From: Podarcis melisellensis
Taxonomy: Eukaryota
DNA length: 64,000 bases
Strand: one strand, 5' to 3'
NCBI GenBank assembly: GCA_964234715.1
Contig: OZ174280.1
The notes under the pieces are model-generated. The model was given only the letters and a program-made list of their open reading frames with translations. It did no database searches and was not told the DNA's origin. Both the position numbers and the translations under genes were made by a program. Positions 51,101-63,609 of the stretch are shown here, piece by piece (the first letter of the stretch is position 1; each line of letters opens with the position of its first letter).

Positions 51101-53534
51101 CAGCCCAATTTGTGGGCTTTTCCTACAGCATACATATATTGCTGAAATGAATTTACACTCAGGCACAGAAGCAAAATTTCAATGCTACATCCTATCAATG
51201 AAGCAACCAGATCCATAGTTCAAAAGGAGCTTGCTAATTAAAAGCTGGTAAGCTTTAAATAATTCATCTCCTTAACTCATATTGATTTGGTAGTTTAGTG
51301 GTTAGGATCTTGAAACAATATTAAACAGCTTCCTCCAGGCTCGGGTGGTGGGTAACTTTCTCACATAAGTCTCTCACCCTAGGAAATGTAAATGCACAAC
51401 AGCAAGAAGCAGACAGAGGTGGACACGCCTAGGCAGGGGCAAAGGAAAGAAGAAATGCAACTAGTCGGATTAAAAGGTCAGACATTAGAAGGGTTTTACA
51501 TAAAGAACAGGAAACAATGAACAGGTTGTATTAATATCCCTCAATCTGAGAGCTTTTCATATTTTCCTGGACTGGCACGACACACAGGTTCCTAAAGAAC
51601 AAACCCTATAGTAATTCTCCCGCGCACAGGACAAGGAAGCACACAGATATATATTGGCCCATGCCAGCTAGGACTGTCACATTAGATATTTTAGGACTTT
51701 GGGGCAAAAATTCAGAGAAGTACAGCAAAAGCTGAAGAGAAGTACAATATATACTCTCATAGCTGTATGCTAGCAGGACTAACAAACAGCCAGCTCTCCA
51801 AAACTTGTTGGATCCAGAAGGTGGGATGATCATGGCTAAAACACACACACACTTGAGTAGAAAAAATGGATTCTAAAATCAGGGGCCAAGTGAGGGGTGG
51901 TTTGGCATGACCTCAGGAAGGACCCCCCCACTATGGGGGAAGGAAGACAAAGGCATTGCACTTCTGAGGCATCATGTTCATTGTTGCCACTCAAATGCAG
52001 CAGCAAGTGTCAAGTGGCTGAGAAACATATATAGAGGTAATGGATCTGGATGCTAGACTGACAAAAGAGAAACGATATCAAAGTGGAGCATGCTTATTTC
52101 TCTACTACCAGCTCCTTCGGAATCCAGCATCCTTTTGTATTCCAGAGGTAGTGGCAGCCCTAAACCTATGTGCTCAAGTTCTTGCCACACCAAAGATAGT
52201 GATAAGCTGGCTTCCACAGATAAGAGAGCCACACATCCTTGGGAACTGCAGATGAGCCTGCCACTATACACTATTCCACAAACAGAGAAAAATACACCTG
52301 GACTGGAGTGAGAGAAGGAAGTCATGTTACTGACCTATCCCACTGTGAGGCCTTCCTATGTGCTGTAGGTTCAGGCCTTTGTTCATGTCTAAGAGTCCAT
52401 TCTTTGGCCAGCTCCCCATGGCAAAGCTGTATGCCTGCAAAAGAAAGCAGAAAAAGATATTTTAGATAATTGTACAACAAGAGGATGGCTCAGTATCACA
52501 AGGCCCGACCCTACTGAAGCATTGTAAAAAGTTACATAGTACCTTTAGGCCCTCTCTTGCTGATATTTGGCTGATTACTCAGACAGAACACACAATATGA
52601 TCTGCCCAGTGCTTTTACTTTGAGCTTTCCATCTCCACATAATTCTGCAAATACAAATTCTTACTCTCTTGTCTCAAGCTTTCCTTCTATCTCTCACAAC
52701 TTAAATCTGTTTTAGTGCAGATATTGCTGACTTGCTGTCTTAGTTTATTCCAGGTCCCACAACACAAAATGCCAAGTTCTCCACATTTTCTGCAAACAGA
52801 ATGTTGAAAATTGAATTAAGCAAATTTTCATTGACCATTTCCACTAATAAATCAATCAGATTTGATTTGTTGTACATAAACACCATTTACCATCAGCAAC
52901 ATTGCCAATAACTCATTCAGAACTGTGCCACCCACACTGATTAAAGTACTCCAGCCTTAGCAGATGCCAACAGGAAAGGGGGAAAATATAATGGCAAGCA
53001 ACAGTCATGGGGGGGGGGAGCAAATGCATAAAGCAGGTGACGAGGTATGCAAAGATTAAATATGACATTCCCCTAAGCTGCACTGTGTATCCCTCTCAGA
53101 ACCCTCTGAAATCTTTATCAGTCACTCTTGCATCTTTTCAGATTTTTCTCTGCACCGTGAGGGCAACACACATTTTAAAATTAAACCTCAGAGTCTATCT
53201 GACATACCTCCTGTGTCACCTCATTCCTTCTGCTCCAGAGACCGATGAAAGCCTTTTTCTTATTAATTTACAACCATGTGAAATTTTACTAATCAAAATA
53301 TAATCAGGTTAAATTGGGTGGGGAGCTGGGAGAGAGAATTTGCCTGCTGGTGGAAGCCACCTAGAAGAAACCCCAATTATTTGTTTTCCAATAATGAGAA
53401 CAAGCTTTCGACTCCCGAACCAACTATGACATTGTTAGTCCTAGATCTCAAAGGCACCCACAACCGTTTCTGACTAAACAATGTAATTGATGTTCTACCA
53501 ATACAAAGGGATTTTGCCCCGGAGCCTCTAAAGC

Positions 53535-53671
53535 CAGCCTTTCTCAACCTGATGCCCTCCAAATGTAAGGGACTGCAACTCCCATCAGCCCCAGCAAACA
53601 TGACCAATGGTCAGGGATTATGGGAGCTGCAGTCCAGTATATCTGAAGGGCACCAGGCTGAGGAAACTTTG
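53535..53671. mobile_element. hAT-type palindromic MITE (older relative of 12935-13070)
   Basis: cagcctttctcaacctgatgccctccaaatg..ggactgcaactcccat ... atgggagctgcagtcc..atctgaagggcaccaggctgaggaa. TSD not recognisable. Confidence 0.8.
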
Positions 53672-55709
53672 CACTCTTTCTGATGCTCCTATATGTTTGA
53701 TCTCTAGCCATAATGTGTAGGGACTTGCAGCTCTGCCCTAACCTGATTACTTTTGTATTGCAGTCTACAAGAATTATCCCAAGATGCTATGTGGATTTCC
53801 ATTTCAACAGCTAAGTTGAGAGACTACTCCATACTATGCACTGTAACCACTTTGAAGAAGGTTGGATAGAAACATAGTAAGAACAATAAACTCTGGAACT
53901 CGTCATCAGTTATCCCCCCCCCCCCCCCGTCTGCCTTGAGCTTAACATATTTAAGGAGATATTTGAATACATTAGTTAAGCAATAGTTATTTTTCTATTT
54001 GCTTGAATCCCTCAAACAAGTTTAAGGATTGCAGGTTTTTGTTATAAATATATTCTTTTTGGCTCAGCTATTCTAAGTTTAATTATGCCTAAAAATAACA
54101 ATGTTTAGTGCTATAATATGAATCTAAGCAGTTGGGTGAGGACACTGATCATGTTCTCAGCTAAATTCTGTTAAAGAAAATAAGGTTTAAACCAAATGCT
54201 CCTGTTATTTTTCCAGGTATCCATTAAGGCAAAGCTTCTAATTAATAGATGACAGGGACAATGTTCTTTTGGAAAGAAAGGTCCAGCATAACAACTTGTG
54301 AGTAGAGTTCCATTTAGAGCTCCATTTTGACTCTCACCCAGCTTGTGCAAGAGGACGGGTGCAGTTTAGTTTGGGTAACTGGCTCTTGGCAGCCACTGTT
54401 CCTTCCTTCATTCCTGAACTGAGATTCCAAGAGTCCCTTCTTTGAGGCCCAGGAGATAACACTGCTGTTTGCCATCTGCTCTTTCCAACTCACTCTGTCT
54501 CATCATGCAGCGATTGTCAACAGCACTTCTAGCACATATTAGACCACAAGGCAAGGCATTCACTGTTCACATCACTGAACTGTCCAGGTGCTATACTTGA
54601 ATAGCTTGGGAACCAGCTAACCCTACAATAATTATAGAGGAATATTTGTTCATGAGCAGAAGCTTGAATACCCAGGGTTTATCTGGAGCAAGGGAAACAC
54701 CTTACTAGAACAAACTTGATGGAAGAGGATCCTAGACTAGTTTGGGCAGAGGGACAAGGTAGAAAAGAAATGAGCAAATTTAAGCATGCAATGTGGAAAA
54801 GTGCACTAACAGCTGCACAAAGCCTCAGGGCCTTAAAACACCACAATAATTATGATCTGACAGCAGCATAACTTCTCTACCACAAGGTATTACAGAAGCT
54901 GTGTCATTGTGAGATATTAATGGTGCAAGGCTTAGCTATACTTAAGTGCTGGGCTGCCATGTGAGCCATTGTTCCCAGACAAAATCATGTCAATCCACAG
55001 AATATATCACCGCCAGGTCCACTTTATCTTAGCTACCCCAGAAATAGGCAGAACAGGGATCTTAACAGAGTTAGCAGCTATCCTTTTCCTTACCTGGCTA
55101 ACCACAACTTGGAGAAGATAACAGCCACAGTAGTGTCTGAGGGTTGTTACACTGGAAGGGGGGAATCAAGCCCAACTTTGCTCCTGTAATCACTAAAGTA
55201 TTTACTGGGTCAGCTTGTGGGGGAACCCATACCTACTATACTGTTAAGATACTCACTGGGGAATCTTCATCTAATACAAAACGGTCTCACACTAGTTTAG
55301 AATGCTCCTCTATCTGCTGGTGCCCAAATACTCACAATATCCACCTTTCTGGTATGCAGAGAATTTCATTTTTCTAAGAAGGACACAGAGGGACCAATTT
55401 CATTTAATATTTGCTTTCAGATATCTTTTAGCATAGTATGTACTGTGTTTCATTTTCTTCTATTAGCTTTTTCTAAGCCTTCAGAGAAACTTTAGATCAA
55501 AATAAAAGCAAACAAACAATGCAACAGCATTAAAATCAACCTCCTTACATTTGGTATCCTCAAATCTTCTGGTAACACTGATTTCTTTACAAAAGGGGGT
55601 CCAAGGCTCTATCTGGGAACTTAAGATTTCTTAGCCTAGGACTATTGAACACACAGAAGAACAAGCCTTAGTGTACAATTCTGCCCCCTGTCAAGCAGTG
55701 ACAGAGCTT

Positions 55710-56084
55710 GATGTGCTCTATGGGGAGCTGGCTTTGGGCACTAGGCCTGGTGGCAGACCACCACTACATTATAAAGATGTCTCCAAATGTGACATGAAAA
55801 CCAGCAACATTAACCCCACCATGTGGCAATTCCTTGCAGATAACCACAGTGCTTGGAAGCAATCCGTCAGGTTGCATATCCACAGCAGTGACCAGAGGAG
55901 GAATTACTGCTGGGATGAGCACAGAGAGAAGAAATGTCATGGTGGAAACCTTCATTTGCCCCAGCTGCAGTAAAATATGTCCCTCCCTTATTGGTCTCTA
56001 CAGCCACAGTAGGTCCTGTAACTCTCCAATGGTTTGACTTAACCCCCAATGGCTCACTCTTGCAAGACAGACGGATGGCAACAA
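55710..56084 (+). mobile_element. RTE-clade LINE 3' fragment (non-BovB)
   Basis: DVLYGELALGTRPGGRPPLHYKDVSKCDMK...W..LADNHSAWKQSV, then in another frame FICPSCSKICPSLIGLYSHSRSC (zinc finger). Ends gacagacggatggcaacaa. Confidence 0.85.
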
Positions 56085-56166
56085 AATTAACCTCCACTGT
56101 ACACAGTTCACTGAAAAACTCCAACTCCACATGCAGTGCAGAGTGGAGAACTCTACACATCCAGAT

Positions 56167-56630
56167 GGAATGTGTAGAGTTCTGTACATCCCATCTGAAA
56201 AACACAGAAAAAACTGCAACAAAAATGATCAAGTGCTGGAGCACATTCTCTATTAGTAAAGCCTTTGCTGCGTTTTAGTTCAGAAAAAGGACAACTAAAG
56301 GGAGCCATGATAGGAGCTTTATAAGATTACTAATGACACAGAGAGGATGGATAGAGATTTTTCTCTTTCTCTCTTAATATTAGGACTCAGGGTTGCCAAA
56401 TGAAATTGATCAGCAGTAGATTCAGAGCAGACAAAACGAAGTTCTATTTCACCTAAAACAAAACTACCTTAGGCAATTTACTGCCATGGTATGTAGCAAT
56501 GGCCACTACCATACATGGCTTTTAAAAAGGACTAGACAAATTCAGTGGGAGAACAGGTCTATCAAAAGCTATTCGTCATGGTAGCTAAGTGGAATCTCAA
56601 TGTTTAGAGGCAGGATACCTTGGAAGGCAT
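56167..56630 (+). mobile_element. CR1 LINE 3' fragment (RT C-terminus and UTR)
   Basis: gcaacaaaaatgatcaag.gctggagcac, agtagattcagagcagacaaaa, ggcttttaaaaaggactagacaaattca. A further CR1 tail lies near 56965-57025. Confidence 0.75.
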
Positions 56631-57329
56631 ACAGTGTGGGAAGGCTCATGACTTCTAGAGGACTTCCCAGAGTCCTCTGGAAGGTCACTATTAGTATCAT
56701 CTAGACTACTGACCAGTTAAAACACACACACTAAAATACCCAAATACAATAAAATAAAAATAAAACGGTCTCAGTACAATTATTAAATATGGCTAAAGTG
56801 ACCCTTGCTCATTTATCACCCTCCAAGTGGCTCCTCTGAAGGTGAACCTCCATTTGGTGTCATCCCTTTGATGACTAGCCGCCAGTGGTGACCCCTTACA
56901 AATAAGCCCAGCAGTGAGTCAGGAACACAGAAGTCAGCCCTTACTGGGTGGGACAGATTCTCACTAAGATGCTGGCTTTGATAGGCTCTTGGTCTGATCT
57001 AGCAGATCATTTCTAATTATCTTATTCCCATTTTAAGGGCATGCAAAGCTGACTGCTTTGGCACTCAAGTATTCTACTCACAGAAGTTTTTGGAAAAGCA
57101 TCCTTTATGAGACAATCACTGCAAGGGAAGCAAGGAGTGAACACCCCAAGGAAAGCATTTACAGTCCCAATAGCCACATAGATACAGAGCTAGGAGACTC
57201 CTGCTGTACCACCTACAGCTCTCCTGACTAGCAAACTCTCTCTTTCAAAGCCAGTGTATTTAAGGCCCCTCCCCACCAATCAGTGCCACTGCTGAGATGT
57301 CCCTGGAGTTCCATCACAGGGTTTTGGGT

Positions 57330-57575
57330 AGTTAATTTATTGCCACGTATGTAGCCATTTATGCTGCTTTGTTACTCCTGCCTTAGCAAAACACAGGGGC
57401 TCCACAGGTAATTAATAGACAACACTGCTAATCCTATTGGGAGATGATTAGCAATTAAAACTCCTAATTAAGTCTATGCATAATTCACTGAAATTACATC
57501 CCTGTGTACACAATAGAGAGGTTTCCTTCGCCTTTGACAAATACGCACTGATATCTTTATTACTCATTCAAATCA
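57330..57575. promoter_or_regulatory. Candidate conserved non-coding element (homeodomain/POU-dense)
   Basis: gtaattaat, ctaatcc, tgattagcaattaa, cctaattaag, tatgcataattcac and gaaatta within about 90 bp (57408-57497). Confidence 0.55.
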
Positions 57576-58899
57576 CTGTGGCCCAGGATCTGGTCTATTA
57601 CCCACAAGGGAGACTGAACTTCTGGTTTTCTTCCTCTTCTGTTGAGCTGTACTTCATCCCTCCATCCCCTGCCATGCAGCAAGAAACTTCTCTTTTTTAT
57701 TATTTGGATGGGGGGAGCTGTTCCACCATAATACCAGGAGGGAAAAGCAGCTCAGCTCTTTTTAAATAGGCACAGTGGTGCCCCCTCCTGGCTTTAACTT
57801 ATATTTGGAAGGTGCCAGAAAGGAAAGTCGTGCAAGCAAGTTAGTGGAAGATACATTGGAAAATGTAATCTATAACAAAGGGGCAGAAAGCTTAGCCAAG
57901 AAGGCGAAATGGTAGAACTCTCTCAGCCTCATCCAAGAAGAAGCCAGCAAAATTAGGCTCCACATGCTAAGTACTGTGCAAAAGTTACCAAGAATTTGAG
58001 ACTCAGAAGCACTTCACACATTACACTTTGCTTATATAGTTCTGCATACTTCTGTGCATAGAATATTACACACAAAATGTATACACTATAAAGAATACAA
58101 ATGTCTATTTCACTGCATGTTTCCTTCATGCACGTTCTTCACAAATGATCATATATATGTTTTATAATAATACTTCTTCCTACACATAAAGGCAAATTGC
58201 CTCACTCTCTGTATGGCATGCACCCATACTTTGCTGGACTAATTGCATCATATGAAAAAAAGACGTGGTATCAATATGATGCATAGGAAATTGTGCTAAT
58301 CTGAAATGGAAGTCTCATCTCTACATTGCATAGAATAATACAGTAATGAAGAGGTAAAATGGACTATCCCACTTTAAGCTGTAGATAGGGGAGCATTCAA
58401 AAATGTGATCTGTGTAAAAGTACCACCTCCCTGCAAGCCGAAAAGTAGCAAATCAGGAAAAGTAGTTTTCCCTGATGTGCTAGTTCCTTTAGTTAAATGA
58501 AGAGGTGCTTTTGTTCACATGGAAGAGCATTCAAAAACTGAATCTCCTAATTGTGGCTTGACATACTGCAAGTACCCTTTGCCACCTCAGGATTCTAACA
58601 CCTTGTTCGGTTGCGTCCTACACACGTGTGTGCATATTCACACTTATGTAGCCTAAGAAACAAGCTCGTTAAATGACCCTGAACCTTAATGAACAGAAAT
58701 TGTCACCTAAACAAAATCCAGGCTGACACCAGAGGGTGTCAAAGCCTGTTGATAGCAGCTCACTGAGGCTCCAGGTCAAGATTCCCCCCCCCCCCAGGTC
58801 CCATAACAGGAATTGCTGGGCGTTGGGCTTGGATCCTCATATAGATACAGCCCCACTTCACACTCTCTAGGTCTATCAGCTTATATGGAAGAGCCAGTC

Positions 58900-59660
58900 T
58901 TCTAAGGCTTACATCTGAGCCCCGAAGTCAGGATCAGGACCACAACTGGGCTTTTCTTTGCATCACATTCTGCTTTGCTCATCAAGGTCGTTGAGAACGG
59001 CAGGAATACCTGAGCAAACTTGTTAAAGAGGCAGCATGGAAGGTGGCCTGAGCACTGAAGGTCAAGTGTGCCCTTATGCATATTCACAGCTGCCTGCAGG
59101 ATCGATTGGGTTTTAATTGTTTTTCCTGGGGTTTTGGAAGGAAGTGCCAGGGGCATTGATCAGCCCTTGACGAAGCCACTCACACTTGGGGCCTCACATA
59201 GGCTGTCACTTTGGTACAGGCAGACGGAAACGAAGGAGCTAAGAATGAGAGACAGAAAGCAAAACATGCCACTTGAGAAGGGGATGCTGCCCCAATCTGC
59301 GCCGAGTAGAAAAGAGGGAGGGGAGGCGGGAGCTGCGCGCGGAGATGTGTGACCAGTGAATTGTATTTGAAAATAAAGTTTTTAATTAAAATGGGCAATT
59401 CTGAGCCGCCTGCTGGCAGCGGCCAAGCAATCAGGAGACAGGAGCATGGCTGTTTAATATTTAAACACAACGTTTAATCTTTAAACAGGAAAGTTCTTCT
59501 TCTGACTGTTAAAGCCTCTATTAAAGCAGGATGGAAAGGGCTTCACAGCGGCTGCCACTGGGGCTTCCCAGACCATCTAAGGGGCAAGACAGATGAAAGG
59601 GGGAGATGTAAAAAGAAAGCGCTCTCTCCGGGTACACATCCCGTAACAGGAAATCCCATG
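58900..59660. promoter_or_regulatory. Candidate conserved non-coding element cluster
   Basis: Nuclear-receptor half-sites tcaaggtcg (58982) and gaaggtca (59057), tatgcatattcac (59075), atcgattgg (59101), CpG patch at 59295-59345, ttaattaa. Confidence 0.5.
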
Positions 59661-61621
59661 TACTGTGAGTGGAGGAGAGACAGAGTCAAATAACCCAACT
59701 AACTATTCATCATCCAGGCTTCAGAAAAGGACTGGGGCAGGGAGGCACAGAAAGGAACAGGCACAACCCAGTACCTGTAGTTTGCTTAGTTTTACCCACA
59801 GCCATTAATAATGAAAGGAATTTCAGCTTTAGAGAAAAATAGATCTCACGATTTTACCGCAAATTTCAAAATATACTAGATTTCTATATATTTCCTGGAG
59901 CCCTATTTAAATTAATGCTACCAACCCACAGTGGTATCAGGAAAGGCTTAAAAACGCAAAAGGGAAAATAGTCTGGTCTGCCCTCCACTTGCACATGGGA
60001 GTGGAGAAGTGCAAGCACAACATGGGTCTCTCTTGATTCTATTTTTATTGTCATGTAAACACCTCCATTAATATTAGATTTTAACAGGACCTCTTTATTT
60101 TATGAACTCATTTTTCCATTGTACAATCCTATTAGGATGTAGCAGAGCCTCCAGGTTAGCTAAGGAGATATTTTCCTGGGTAAAATACTCTCTCCAAAGG
60201 ACACTTGTGACTATTGTACATTTGCATTCCACAGTTCTTTCATTCCTTCTTCCAAAGTGTGAGGTTGTGCCCCCTGTCCAAAAATGGAGATGTTAGTTAA
60301 TATGTTTGTGCACATGCCATCAGGAAAGTTCCTCTGCACAAATGGTAGGCATTGTCCAATATTTTCTCAACAGCTCTGGGAGGCAGCATAACCCCACCAA
60401 ATGCAAACCAAGCCTTGCTATTAGTGAAAGCCCCATCATAGGGGCAGACACAGAGGAAAATTGAGGCACAGGAAGGATTCAGCACTCTACAAAATAAGTA
60501 TCTGGGTTTGGCACCCAGCCCTTCATAAGACAGCCCAGATGCAAATACATTTCAAACTGAATCTTATGTCCAGTGTGCCTTTTGACTTGCCTAATGAACA
60601 GGCATTTCATTTTCAATAGAAAACCTTTATTCACACCCACAACTGTGCGTGCATGTTATCTGCATTCTCCCCAAATCTTGTATGATGTTGACAAGACTAT
60701 TTACAAAAGACATATTTGCACATTTCAAGTATGCTTGCAATTTTCTTTACAAGTGACCTGTTAAGGATATAGTCTACCGTTCAAGCTATTTACAATATTT
60801 GGACAATTTGGACCCAATCCAGCAGTGGTGTTATCTGGGAGTGAGAGCTCAAATCTAACTTTCTGTGGTAAACTGGTAAAAAATGGGTGCAAGACAGACT
60901 AGGTGTCTTGACTCATGGAAATCATAGCCTTTTCACCACTCTTCCAAAAACAGCTTAGCATGTGACATGGTAATTCTAATCCATGTGACAGCAAAAAAAA
61001 CAAAAAACAAAAACAACCACCAGGAGCCAGACTGATTTATCCAAAATAAAAGAGCCCAAGATGCAATCAACATCAAATTCTTATTACCATTTAGTTGTCT
61101 AGCCCTCCCCACAACTTTGCATCCTAGTACTACAGCTCCCTATCATCTCCATCACATTTCTAATCTGGACAGGGGGTCAATCCACTTTTTCTCTCCCTTT
61201 GCCTTCTATAATAAAGTGAATTGTTGAATTTATTCAATACTCAGTTCAATGAAAGGTACCCAAAAGCAGTATGTCCTCTGTCCTATTGCAAAGTAGGGCA
61301 AGCACTCTTCCAACCATCATCACACACGATACTTAGAGCACAGCATGACACAATCAAAGAGTTGGCTAATTAAAAGTGCATGTAAAGCAAACAGCTGCAG
61401 GAAATGAATAGCCCATATATGAAACAGAGAAAGGCAACTTCCACTTTCTTGGGAAATTGCTAGCCAATATGTTTTGGAAGAAAATTCCTTCAAATCAGTC
61501 ATAAACAAAATGTATCTATGCAGTCTTCTTCTAAATAAGCTTAGAACTTCCAGTTGAGAAGAGGCCACATGGCAAACAACAGGACCTGCAAAGGGAAGCA
61601 AACTGGTTCCAAGGTCAGGTG

Positions 61622-61994
61622 CAGTAGCGGACTGCATGGTGGGACAATGGCACTCACCTGACCACCCAACAGCTGGGTTGCTGCTGCTTACTAGGAAGGA
61701 GAGAGGAGAGGCAAGGTAGTTAGAAGGTTAGGTCCAGTCGCGGACGACTCTGGGGTTGCAGCGCTCATCTCGCTCTATAGGCCGAGGGAGCCAGCGTTTG
61801 TCTGCAGACAGCTTCCAGGTCATGTGGCCAGCATGACTAAGCCACATGGTGGAAACACCAGCAGGAGTACTGTCTTGGCTCCTTGGTGCATTTGAATCAC
61901 ACCAACCTCCACTCTATCCTCCCAATAAACTGCAGCAACTCAGCTGTTGGGTGGTTAGGTAAGCGCCATGACCCTATCATGCCATCTGCTACTG
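61622..61994. mobile_element. hAT-like non-autonomous element with long TIRs
   Basis: 61622-61695 and the reverse complement of 61921-61994 align ungapped at 58/74. CAG...CTG termini. Flanking 8-mers gtcaggtg and tttaggtg match 6/8. Confidence 0.8.
61728..61843 (-). mobile_element. Sauria SINE internal/3' fragment nested in the long-TIR element
   Basis: ttaggtccagtcgcggacgactctggggttgcagcgctcatctcgct...caggtcatgtggccagcatgactaagcc is the reverse complement of about 62593-62698. Confidence 0.92.
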
Positions 61995-62481
61995 TTTAGG
62001 TGGTAATTTTTTCTTGGGAAATGCAGACACATACAAGGGACTTTGAACACAGTCTCCAAGATCTTGCTCTGAACTAGAAACTGTATGCAAGTGTGATAAT
62101 TGAGAAGAACAGCTGAACATAGTACAATGGAAAAAAACATGGAAGAAGTTCACTTTGCTGTGGTCTTAAATCTGAAAATGTATGGCTAGCACTGTGTTAG
62201 GGATATATTAGGTCACACCTCAATGGATGAGGATGGGCCAGGCTGGTCATCAGGCACTTGTTTAAACCTACAACCATATGACTTAGTGCTATGAAGTGGG
62301 AGCTTCATTACGAAGACAAAGGATATGACATGAGCATTTAGCTCATGCAAATGATTATGGAAAGGTCTGTAGATTTTCCTTACAACTAATCATCTTTGCT
62401 TAATGCCTCAAAAACAACCATTTAAGTAGTATCGTCAACACAATGGCACAGGTCTTTTATTTGACACGTGTATGTATATTT

Positions 62482-62724
62482 CTTGCCAACCTAGCAGTTA
62501 TAAAGCACGTCAAAGTGCAAGTAGATAAATAGGTACTGCTCCGGCGGGAAGGTAAACGGCGTTTCCGTGCGCTGCTCTGGTTCGCCAGAAGCGGCTTAGT
62601 CATGCTGGCCACATGACCTGGAAGCTGTACGCCGGCTCCCTCGGCCAATAAAGCGAGATGAGCGCCGCAACCCCAGAGTCGGTTACGACTGGACCTAATG
62701 GTCAGGGGTCCCTTTACCTTTACC
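62482..62724 (+). mobile_element. Sauria SINE, 5'-truncated, with TSD
   Basis: gtgcaagtagataaataggtac core, cctttacctttacc tail, 11-bp TSD tatgtatattt at 62471-62481 and 62725-62735. Confidence 0.96.
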
Positions 62725-63609
62725 TATGTATATTTATTTATAAGATTTCTTACCTGCCTTTCAACATAAGGTCTTAGGAAAGGATACAACAATATAATAC
62801 AGTAAACATTTATAAAAACAGATTGAACTATTACAAATATAAAACAAGTAAAACATTCTGAATGGAAGAGAACAGCATACATAAGAAATCAAGCAGTTAG
62901 AACACTTCAAAGATATGTGTACATTTTCACTAAAACTGTAATTACTTCATTCAATGCCCCTTATTCTAAATTTCTCACATCTTTCAAATACACTGATCCC
63001 AGGTTAGGACCCTTAAGGTTCTGCTCTTGTGAGAAACATTCCCTACTGCACAAACTGAAAAATCTGGTTGCAAACAAAGAAATGTCTTAAAAAGAATCAG
63101 CAGCTCAGAGGTTTGGTGTATGGGGCCCATCAATCCATTCTCCAATAGCTAAGAAGGCACTAAGTACATCCAAGTAAAAATTCCAATCATCAAGATTCCC
63201 ATGTTCAGGTAACTCTGGGTCTGTATAATATAAGCCTTGCAACAAAGCCAGCTGAAAAGAAAATTATACAATGCCTTCTCTTCCCACTCTCTAGGAAGCT
63301 AGCAAACTTTGTACATAAACAGGATTTCTCACACAGCCTACCCATCTCAGTCAAAAAGGTATGTACAGCCTTCCATGCCCAGCTCTACATACACCAAGTA
63401 TGTTCCTTTTTAAGCACTTTAAACAGAGGTGCTGCTACATTCACAACTATTCGAGTATTTTTAAATCACTTACAAAAGCAGGATTAAACTATCAGAAATT
63501 CCATTTAATAGGACAAATAAAGAAATAACAATAAACTCCATCAGACCCAGGAAGGCAGGTTTGATTTTAAAAAAAGGATCAGAAAAAAGGAAGAGAGGGA
63601 TAAAAAAAA

